Positions 25,658 through 36,460 of a stretch of DNA of 64,000 nt are shown one piece after another (position 1 is the stretch's first letter; each line of letters starts with the position of its first letter). Position numbers and translations under genes: made by a program. The stretch is taken from positions 38,130,001 through 38,194,000 of the forward strand of contig CM060731.1 of assembly GCA_030704615.1 (NCBI GenBank), given 5' to 3'. The stretch is from Takakia lepidozioides. Its lineage: Eukaryota; Plantae; Bryophyta. The notes under the pieces were generated by a model that saw only the letters and a list, made by a program, of their open reading frames with translations, was not told where the DNA came from and searched no databases.

Positions 25658-28162
25658 GATGATGGAGTAAATATCGATACTTAGTACCAGCGGAGCTCTC
25701 ACAAACACAGAGGCCACAAAAAGCTTGGGCTTGGCTAAAATCATTATGTTGCGTCATATGTACAGTATCGCATGTGAACGTGCTGCACCGTCCGTCCCGT
25801 CCGTCCCCCTCCATACGTGTGAATGACCCTCCACTATATACTTTCCACTCATGCATGTGCAACCCTATCATTGACAATTGCGTTGTTTTAAAAAAAAAAT
25901 CATGCACACAAGCAAAATACTAGGAAAATATTTTCATTACATTGGAGATATTTCAAAGCAACTTCTTTACATTGAAGTAGTAAGAAACCATATCTATGAC
26001 TACAAACATATATCCCCAAACATAACCCTGCCTAATTGCAAATAACATCATGAATATAGCATAAATGTTTTGGACATCACAAAGTCACTTCAATAGATCA
26101 AATCATACCTAGATGACAGTCTAGCTTAAAGTAAAGTCCATTGATCAGCAGTGAAATCAGTTACAAGCTGAAACAAGGTTCAATCTTATGCCGGACAACA
26201 TCTTCCCACTTATATCAGCTGCACATGCACCAATCCAGATGGAGGAAAAGGAAGGGATCACAACTTCATACACAATAAAGCCATATTTCATGGGGGCCAA
26301 GAGTAACTACGTGATGCCAATCTTTGTGAACGCAACTCAAGCTAGTGTTGAGCCTCTCTATATGATAGAGCTTTCATTACTATTATCCTACAAAGAACAA
26401 AAAGTTTTTACATTACCAAGAGTTCATATTGTCGACAGTAGGTAACTATATCAACTTAAACTTTGATAGTCCATATTTTGAGACTAGGTTGTGATAGTCC
26501 ACATTTTCAAGTATAACAGCAGATGACATGATCATGATAATTAATTTTAGTGCAATGGAAATCTGGCAGCATCAATCTTTACACCAAGAAACTCTAGATT
26601 TCAACAAGAATTCCATAAGTTACACCTCCCCAACCAAGAGGAGGTAAGAAAAATCATTCAAGCACCAACCATTAATGCAACCGAAGAGAAGGCTATCTTA
26701 AGATCATAGGTACATGGAAATAACTCGTTCATGATATCTAAACATATGCATGAACATTAAACTAGTATCCTAAACAATCTTACCCAAAACACCTGTCACC
26801 ATATGCCCAAAGAGGGAAATGACAGCATTAAAACAACAAGAGACTAGACTAGGCTGTGATAGCTCACCTTTTGAGGTGTAACTAGAAGATCTCGAACTCT
26901 TGGTAATGAAACTAGTATTAGTATAATGAAAAGCTGATGGTACCATCCTTGAATAGAAGGCTAGAACAAGATGATGGCTCCTTATAATTTTGGTCATTTC
27001 CCTATGCTCCGCTTCTTTTGGTGGACTCCCCTCCTTGCTCTCGAAACCAAAAGCATCAGCTAATGGTTTTTCTTCATCTCTTCTCTCGAATAGGCAGTTT
27101 TACTTGGCTTGTTGTTCTTTCACAGCAGTGTACCCCTACCCTCATAGAGAGCTAACCCCTAGGTGGTCTGGATCTGGGTATTACCCAATCACTGGTTATT
27201 TTTTCCATGATTCATCATTAATATGATTGAAAGGGCTTCCTCCCCTTTCTTAAAGAAAAACAAAAAAACAAACAATCAATGCGTCTTTGGTTATCCATGT
27301 ACATTCCATGTAAGAATCATAATGATTGTTTAATTTGAATATGATCATGCAAGATGTCCAAAATTGATTATGCATACCATGCAACAGATTTGGAGAGGAG
27401 ACCCACTTGGACATGTAAGGGTTTGTTTGTGTGCGAATTACGTTTGCATTTGCTCTTTCGTTTTGTTTGCAATGTATGTATGCAAGTCACGTATGGGAAC
27501 TATGTCATTGAGCTTGGTTAACGACAACCACAACGGATATATGTGTGTAAGGGGTATACCGTCATTTGCGGGTTTGGTAGTAGGTTGAATGGCTCCCCAA
27601 TTGGTTTGCTATTTTATTTCTCGCAAAGCCTGTGTAAGAACAGAATTTTGTAACGATGATGAGGTTACAAAATCAATGATTAAGCCTTGGATTACATAAT
27701 AGTTTGAGACGGTCGAAGCCTCATAAAAGGCCGTTGATTTAAGGAGGAACGATTAGAAAAGAGTGGATACATTTTCAAGAAGGGCGATTCCTTTTTGGGG
27801 ACAGTTTCATTAGGGATAATTATGAGTGGCTATGGAACCTAGGCCTTATATTTGCTTCAACCAAAGTCCTCGTCCTCTCTCTTTTGGGGTTGCAAATGGA
27901 TAGATGTTAAGTGTAGTGTTGCACATGTATGGGAATGAAGGAGCTGACCAACCTTATGGAAGGCTCTCCCAACCATTTGACGAGGCTGGTGCTCAACCAC
28001 GTTAAGTTGGTTTAGTGGGCTATGCAAGCAAGCCCACCAATAGCAAACTGAAACATGAAACATGATTATATTATATAGAATTTCATTAAATATTATAGGA
28101 ATGAGAGGACTATTGAAAGTTAATAAAATTTTGGGGGATTGTCGGGGGGGGGGGGGGCACAC

Positions 28163-31043
28163 TCTGCATCATCCCTAACTAGCCAGCCTCCAGCGACTTT
28201 AGCCAGTAAGGTTTAGTTTTCCTCAGTTTCGTTTCCCGCCATCTCCATCCCACTATCTTATCTCTCTTCCTACTTTTGCTCCTTCTCCAACAGCTCCGTA
28301 ACTCAAGCGTGAGTCTTAGAGTATCTACAAATCCTTCTTTCTCTCGCGTTTTTATGGCACACGGCAGCAATCAGCCTAGGAATAACAATATCATGGAATC
28401 TCGGGGCATCAATCGTGGACTGCGGAGCAACAATAGAAGGCCAATCCCATCCTTAGGCACCGGTTTCTTTCTGGCACATCAAGCTCGTTCAAGGATCGCG
28501 TCTGACAATGGTCCAGTAAGAAACCTCGCTCCCCTCAACCCTCTCTCTCCCCCCCAACCACTTCTCAAAATTCACAAACTTGGCTCCTTTGCTCCCAACC
28601 TTCAGGATTCCCCCATTATGGACAACCCATGACATGAGAAAAATGTTCTTAATCAGGATGATCTGGACAAAGACTACCCCATGATCAACGTTAGTATCCC
28701 AGAACTGCAGAAAAGAGTTGCCACAATGGAACAATCTGGTATTCTTATTCATTTCCCTGGGGAAAAAGTGGACAAAGCAACAGTCACGGACTGGCCATCA
28801 GACACCTTGGAGGTCATGGAGAACTGAGGCAACAGTTCTGCCATGCAAAGGGAAGGGGTTTTTTTCTCAATAGTCTTTGAAACACATATTGGGCGTGGCA
28901 AAACAAAAGACCCTTGGTGGCATGGGCACAAATCTGTTTGCCAAAAAAAAAGGGAGGAATGGGGGTACTCGACCCCGAAACCCAGATTGTGGCATTATTT
29001 GGAAAATGGATACCTCGATTCCTTGGACCGGATGGGGGTTGGTGGAAATTTTTGGTCTATGACCATATTGTCTCTTCTTCCCCCCTAAAAACCACCCAAT
29101 GGAGCCCTTCACTTCGATGGCTTACTCAAGGTTTCAACCTTAAGACTGTGGGATCCCCTCTTTGGTCAAGCATCTGGCTGGCTTGGGGTAGGCTGAGGAA
29201 GTTATTGGTAAAAGCCCAACCAACCAACTTCTACGAAATTAAACGTCAACACCTATTTCTAAATAGTTGCCCAGTCACACCAGCTCAGAAAAACTAGGCC
29301 ATCAGATGGTCCAAATGGGACTGCCTTGGAATCAGGCAGATTCACAACATTTGGACTGAGAACAGCCTCAGATCTCAAGACTCCATAGCTCAACAAGTTG
29401 GTGCAGCAAGGGCCTCCAAAAGCCTTCAGGATATCATTCAATCTATCCTAGTTCAATGGCTTGACTCCCTATCCTCTGGTCCACCAGTGCCAACCCCTAA
29501 CTCATGGGCCCTCGTTATTCTCCAAAACCAACTGACGGTTCTCTTTGTGGATGACATCTCCATATCAGATATTTCAGTCTTTACATTTTCAGTTGATACT
29601 ACATCTCTCAAGCTCTCTCTTACATCTCCAGACCCAATACGCTTGCAACCAATGCCTCTCACTCCAATAAGAATATGTTGTTGGACTGCACCGGACAAAG
29701 CAATGAATCCCTAACCCCCCCTCACTATCACTAAGAGGGCTTGGCTTACAACCAACTCCTTTGTGTGGATCCTAGGTAGACCCCTTGCGGAAATGGAGAT
29801 TGATCCCCTGGAATGGTCATGGAAATTCAGCAATCAACCAGAGAACTTCTTTGCCTATACAACCAAAAAAGGATATAAAGTCGTATCCGTTACCCAACCT
29901 ATGCACAAAAAATGGGAGTCTAGATGGGGACTTTACAGATTCCAGGATGAGAACTGGCAAACTATATGGGGCTCAGTATGGATTAAAACACGCCCATCGA
30001 AAATTGTTGCTTTCCTCTCGCAGATAGTGAATATGGTTTTTAAGGTTGGGGAATGGCTTCAGTTTCCAGGGGCGGTACTATGTGCTTGTTGTTCCACTGC
30101 TGTTTTGGAATCTTTAGAACATTGTCTTCTTCTTTGTCAAGCTCCAGCCAAGATCTAGCCATATGTGAGATTGTTCTACAAATGTTGGATTAACGGGTTC
30201 TCTCGGACACAAACATCTTACTAAACTATGATCCAGCAACCAAAGGTAGAAGCCTCAACTGTCCAGTGTTTGAAACCCTCAGGGCATCGGTATTGTGGCA
30301 TATTTGGAAACTTCCATGCAAAAATACGTTAAATGGCCAAACCTCAACTATATCAGCCCTTCTTACCTCCGTCTTTCTTGATTTGCAAACTGAAAGCCAG
30401 GAAGGCCTGGGTCAAACTCTGTGCAGACATCCAACGACACTCCACGAATGCAAAAGCGATCCACATGAGATTTCAACACACCTGGGGCAAGCAGAACATC
30501 ATATGCAGCAGCCCTACGCAAGACCAATGCAGCTGGAACGAGCTCCCCCCTCAACCGTGGCGAGACCTCCGTGCACCACTCCACACTTTCCTCTGAGTTC
30601 GAAAGGGAGGTCAACTGGAAGCATCTAAAACACTCCATGACTACTTCTAAGCTATTCTATAGATAGAATGATCTCTTTCCCACTTCCAAGTCAAAGACTC
30701 ATTTACACCAATCTCAAAACATCCCTGCTATACCATGTTTGCTCTTCAGCAACCCAACAGTAATTAGGTTACACATCTGCTACACTTGGAGTCTTGGGCT
30801 TTTGGTCTCTTCGATTCTTCTCCATTGGGAGCTGTTATGTTCGTTTTTTATTGCATTTACTAGGGACTTGGTCTTCGTCCCTTGGACTTAAATCTCCATC
30901 AGAGATTGTGGATTCTTCAAACACTGATCACAGTGTGTGTGCCTTAGGCGTAATTGGGGTTTTAATTTTTTTCCCCTCCAAATAATTATTTCAATAAATT
31001 AATCAGGGATTCAATCCCCCTGTTCAAATAAAATAAAATAAAA
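28163..31043 (+). mobile_element. Internally deleted, decayed L1-clade LINE
   Basis: Pyrimidine-rich 5' UTR and ORF1-like start; VAWAQICLPKKKGGMGVLD (post-RT motif); zf-RVT region W..IW...PSKIVAFL...CACC...ESLEHCLLLC; AATAAA, short hairpin and (AAAAT)n tail at 30990-31043; EN and RT core missing. Confidence 0.85.
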
Positions 31044-31723
31044 TTGGGAATGGTATGAAAAACCAAAGGCATGTGAGAGCTCATTTTCTGTCAGTTACCA
31101 ACACAATTCCATCAGTGACGAAGGTCAACAAAGGTGAACAAGAACATTTCAATCTGCCCAACGAACCTACCCGAAAAAATTAAATTTTAGAGTTTGAAAT
31201 TGAGTACAACATCACATTCCAAAAAGCGGAAAGTACCTTATACAAATACAGAAGAGCCACCTTCGTTCAACTTAGGTCCAAAAAATATATATATTTTTCA
31301 TCAATATCCCTGGACATTTCCGTAGCATACGATAATCCAAGCTAGAGATTAAAATGGCTAAAAAACATGCAGAATTCTTCCACGTTAGAAGTCCATATCT
31401 CATGTTGGTTTGGTTTGGTTTGGTTTGTTTTGTTTTGTTTTTTTTTACATCCATTTATTTTGTTTTTACCTTTATGTTCTCCCGCTCAGCCTCCATCTTC
31501 GGCAACCAAAGGTGGCATGTCAGTACAATCCTGTGTCATTTTTCATTATTGTTTCTCACAAATCCAAGCATATAGTTACGGGCAGCCCCAGAATAATATT
31601 ATATTGCCACGTGGCCGTCGTTTCCGCATCCACGTCACACTGATGGCTGATGACTAATGGCAGATAGCTGATAGAATAGCAAATCCCAAGGCGTGTGAGG
31701 ATAACATTTTAGCTAGCCTTTCA

Positions 31724-31726
<3 letters not shown>

Positions 31727-31767
<41 letters not shown>

Positions 31768-31776
31768 AGAGAGAGA
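31727..31776. repeat. (GA)n microsatellite abutting the 3' end of the Penelope-like element
   Basis: Direct reading of the sequence. Confidence 0.95.
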
Positions 31777-32457
31777 GGCAGCCTAAGGTAGATTGCCCGC
31801 CAAGGGAATAGGTCACCATATTGAGGGAATTGAAGCACCGCCGCCGTTACGCCTCCCAAAGGGAGATGAGAAAGGACTGGAATCTTGCCAGAGTACTTGT
31901 AAACAGCATTGAAGCGTTTCCATAGCCATCAAAATCATAAAATTCGTGCTAAGAGATCCCTCTGACACCATCACTTCATCTCCCGTAGAAAAAACGCACA
32001 GTATCGTGCAAGTTTTATGGCAGGAGTGGAAATATGGCAAACCATTGCGATTTCATCCATGTGGGATGAAAAATAAGGAATGAAAGGTGAATATTCCCCT
32101 GTTGTCATCGCCATGTCATCCAGCAGGGATGACATCCTAAAATCGATGACCAGAACCTGGCATTCATTAGGGTTAGATATAAATGACCTTAATAATCCAA
32201 AGGAACCAGGTAAAAAATGATAACCATAATTAACATTTAATGGAATTCATCCATTATTAACTATATCCGGTATGGATGAAGATAGCAGAAAGTTAATTAT
32301 AGTTTAGTCAAAAATTACCTTAGTACCAAACCCTCTGGGTTATGGAATAGGTTACCAACATGATCCATGTACAGAGGGAGAGAGAAAGGGAGAGAGAGGG
32401 ATCCCACCAGCCAGCCCCTGGTATGGCATTCCCTTATGGGATGAGTGTGGTATACAC

Positions 32458-34974
32458 TCACCCCGTAAGGGAGTGCATACTAGACCCATTCTCATAAAAA
32501 CTCTCCCTTCTCTTTGTAGTCTTCATCGCTGATTTTTCTATTTTAGAAAAACCAGATGGATATGAAGGTCTACACTCACATCTCCCATGGTCAAAAAAAG
32601 AATAGTACAAAGGAAAAAGGTATACAATCATGTAAGAATGAGTGCAGAGTGTACCTTTTAATCTTTCAATGAGCTCTTGTAAAGGGAAGAAAAGACCAGG
32701 GAAGGAGCCCTGTTCAAGGAAACTTATCAAAATCCGGGTTAGTTTTTTGGTTTTGAAACCATTCCTCCCAAGGGTATGTATGAGAATATAGCATTCATTC
32801 CAAGCAAGATTAACACTGCTGGAAATATACAAAATCGGAAAGGCTTGTGAAATCACTACATTGTAGGATTGATTCACAGGTCTATTGGATAAGAACTGGA
32901 TATACTGAGTATAGGAGAAAGGCAAGAGTCTTCTCTTATCATATTTCTGAAATTGAAACTCACCTGAGTTTGGGTTTAGCACAGAGATCTGAACGTTCAT
33001 AAAACAGGCTTCCAAACCTGTTCTCAACAATTCAGGTTTGATTTCCACAACATTCAATGGGTAAATCCACCATGGATTACTGCTGCTCCTGTCTGCGTCA
33101 GGATTAAGGAATAACATAGCATTGCCAATATTAAGCCAACAGATGTCATCTATATATCTGAAAGCATATTGAAACTTAGGCATCAATTGATATTGTCCAA
33201 GAGCTGTCAGTCTCAAGATAAATTTAAGCTCATAGGAAAGGAAATATATGTTGCACCATAATGGTGAACACGAAAATCCCATAGGAATACCTGACACTTG
33301 ATGCCAAACACGGTCACCCAATGCTACGAAGCAGTGGGACATCAACCACTTGTGGAGCTGAAGCAACTTGGCTTCAGGAAGCTCTATCCAAGTACCATTC
33401 TTTGGGGAAGAAAGACTCCACTTGCACTTCCCGAAGATCCCGTTTTTTGTTTGGATCCAAATGGTGTGATGTGACCTTGGGTGGTTTACATGATATTGCT
33501 GGAAAGCAATTTTGATCACGTATTCAATAGCATCACCCAGATTATCGTCACCTGCCAAAGGGATGTTTTCATAGCACTGGGTAATGTCAGCCACAAACAC
33601 ATCATAGATTTTTGCAGGGAGGTTTAAAGTGAAATCAGTGATGCTATCTATAATCCAATACATGGCAGTAGACACTTTGAAAAATTGTTTGTAGGTGTCT
33701 AAACATGCTTTGGCCCATTCCTTGACCAAGGGTAATAGGAACATAGTGGCACGTGTAAGAAGACAAGCAATTTCACTGAACACACAATTATGTGCATTGG
33801 TAATCCAACGGTACTTTTTTTTGTGTAGCTTGTATATTCCCATCATGTAGGGAAGACTACAAAAAGCCACCTCAACTTCAGGGATCAGATTCTGTACCTC
33901 AGTAAACAGGCTTTCCAAGACTGAATCAGGTGATGACCATACCTCATTTTAGGTGCATGGTTTGAAATCCTTACCCATAAGCCGGTGATAAGCTTGGGTT
34001 CGGATGTGCTTCACACAAAGAAAACATACGTTGTTGTTAGCCTCATCAAGACCAGACATGTACAAGTGTTTAAGAAGCCAATCCAGTTCCTCCGGAGCTT
34101 CTTTTTTGACAAGTGGGTTACCCTCATGATGAGAGTAATTGCACCGTGTCAAACTGGCTTTTTTCTTCAGCCTGTCCCAACATGTAACCTTCAACCATTG
34201 ACAGCATTCTACTATCCAGGGTTCTGAAATGTTCACATGAAGAATGTCACATGTTTTAGAGAAGGCAAGAGCTATCTCTATAACAACATCCTTTATTAAG
34301 GTTTTTTTCAGTGGAATGTGGTTCATACCTAGGCTGAAGAGTTTTCTCAGCTTGGGATGTCTTATAATGTTCAGATCCATAGTTCTGACATGTTGTATGG
34401 GGGCAGAATCAGTTATTTGAATCTCAGCCAAAGTATCCACATCACAAAAAGCCTTGAACCTCTTGGCTGTATTGCAGAGGCAAGGGGGAGATTCAATCAG
34501 ATCAGGTAGGAAGTTAAAGTCACGAAAAATAGATGCAGGCAGATAGTACTTTGTACTACTCTGTTTATGGTATGTCCATCCAAACATCACTTCCTCAGTT
34601 AACATAGCCAGGTCATTCTGTCCGAAATTCAAGAATGCTTCTTTTATCATACCCTTAGGACTTATCCATTCCATAGCCCGGTTAGGGTACACCGTGTGTA
34701 CAAAACCAATTGGGGCTGGCTTTGATGCATGGGTGATGAAGTTCCGGCCATGGGCATGTATCTCAATTCTTCTGATTCCATCTTCTTGAAAAAACATTTC
34801 ATCTGCACAACCAAAGTAGAGTTGCATACCATGAGAGAGGCGGTTACAGGTCCATCCACGAGTTGAAGTCTCTCTTGTGGATTGGGGAGAACTCCCCGTT
34901 GCCTTGCCTATTTCGAAAAGGCTCTTGGCTGGCGATATTGATAGCAGTGCTGGAACTGGAACCTGAACCTCCAA
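32458..34974 (-). pseudogene. ORF2: Penelope-like reverse transcriptase, one in-frame TAA at 33949-33951
   Basis: ORFs 33949-34974 and 32458-33918 are in the same frame. Motifs CLC...HVRTMDLNII...LRKL...G.NH, DEANNNVCFLC, YKLHK, ADITQCYENIP, GIPMGFSCSPLWCNIY, FRYIDD, IYP, YDKR, SNRP. Confidence 0.88.
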
Positions 34975-36460
34975 AAGGAGTTCTGGTCATCGTCTTCGAG
35001 CTGTCAGAGTTGTTGTTAGAATGTTGCCCACAGCCAGAGCGCCCACCTCTTTGGTACGAGCCTCTGCCTCTTACAGGTGTGCTTCTGCCTCTGTTGTTAC
35101 CAGTCTTGCCTTGCTGTGGAGGAGTTTGTCCATCCGGGCGCTGCCTTTTGTAGCCACTGAATTGTGGTTTTGGAAGGCTGTCAGAAAAAGCTCCAGGCTT
35201 AATCATCTTCTCAACATATCTGGCACATTTTGCTTCACCCATTTTGCTAAGTAATTTAGCATTAGGTTCTGCAGCAAATTCGCATGCGGCCTCCATGATA
35301 ATCTCCCGTGTCATTTGAAAGGTTATCTGTGCCAAGACCGTTGACCTGGCAGCTTTCATCATCCATACCAAGAAGTTGTAATACTTTGCCTGTATAGATG
35401 GGTAAGCATCATTGGGGAAGAACACCGTCAGATTGTTGAGCATGAACCACACAAGGTGGTCAAACCAAGCAACACTTCCCATGCAAGGTGACGGCGCACC
35501 TCCAGATCCACAATTACATCTGATGTATGGCCTATGCCAGTTAAACAACTGACTCTTGTGGTTCCGAGACCTTGTCGAACCAACAGGCATGTCATTCTTT
35601 GTCCTTAGAGTCATGTCATCCCCTTTCTCACAGAGCTTGTAGTAGAAGGTTTTCAATGGCCAAGAAACAGCAATAGGTTTTTTTTTTAACCTTTGGATCC
35701 CTTCTTTTGCATCTGCTGCACACGCGTTCAGCAGGTGTAAGGTTGGTCCATTTGACCCACATGTCAATTGATATGGGTGCAATCAGATTGATATTGGCCT
35801 GGGGTGCCACATCATGCGGTCGTTGTTAGCAATCTCAAGCTCCACGGCTCTAGGGGGCATCCAAGGGACAAACTGCAGGTTACCTGGAGTTGCTCCCGCA
35901 GCCCTTTCTTGCTCCACTTGGGAAAGTTCCACTTGTTCATAGAAGTCCCTCACTGCATCCAATTCCCCTTCAGGTACCACCATGTTCCCGAGTATGGGAT
36001 GGTTAGTGACGGACGGAATGAAGTCTTTTTCCATTGTGTTGGAGGACTTCTGTGTGGGGGAGCTGACTGCTCATCATCAGGGTTAGCAATTCTGAGTGCT
36101 TCCTCAATTGCAGCTCCTTTCTTCTCCCAAAACGTCACTTCACTAACATCTTGCTCCAATATCTTAACCAATTCATCGCTGTATTCCTTGAGTCTTACAA
36201 GGTAACTGCCTTTTCTGTTTGCACATATTCCAAGGGCTACCCAATCCTCCAGGGCTAGTGTCTCAAGCAATAGGACAAGATTTTCATCACCTGAATCATT
36301 AATAGCTGCAGAGTCCAACATTTGCAATGTAGAATGAAAATCACGTGGAGTGATTTGTGTGAGGGTAGCTTGTACAGCAGGAATCGGAGGGGGAAGAGGG
36401 GATTGGTACCCCAATTCCTTGAGGTCATCACTCCATTCACGAACATGCTTGGTCACCTTC
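34844..36460 (-). pseudogene. ORF1 of the Penelope-like element, unknown protein with Cys clusters and an RG/RGG-rich tail; disrupted
   Basis: Contiguous fragments 35950-36456, 35783-36034, 35628-35810 and 34844-35782; CSRC, CNC...C; tail NRGRSTPVRGRGSYQRGGRSG; overlaps the start of the RT frame. Confidence 0.65.

Noticed and set aside
24250-27600. Scattered short ORFs other than the Myb fragment
   Set aside because: Not assignable to any family; probably TE debris.
34745-34860. Possible degenerate GIY-YIG (GWT-x10-YFG...RIEIH) at the RT ORF N-terminus
   Set aside because: Spacing is suggestive but key residues mismatch, the segment is short, and what follows resembles the generic Naiad-type linker; needs an HMM test.
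33949-35785. In-frame TAA (33949) and TGA (35783) as programmed recoding or selenocysteine
   Set aside because: The element also has frameshifts, so simple decay explains them; no SECIS identified.
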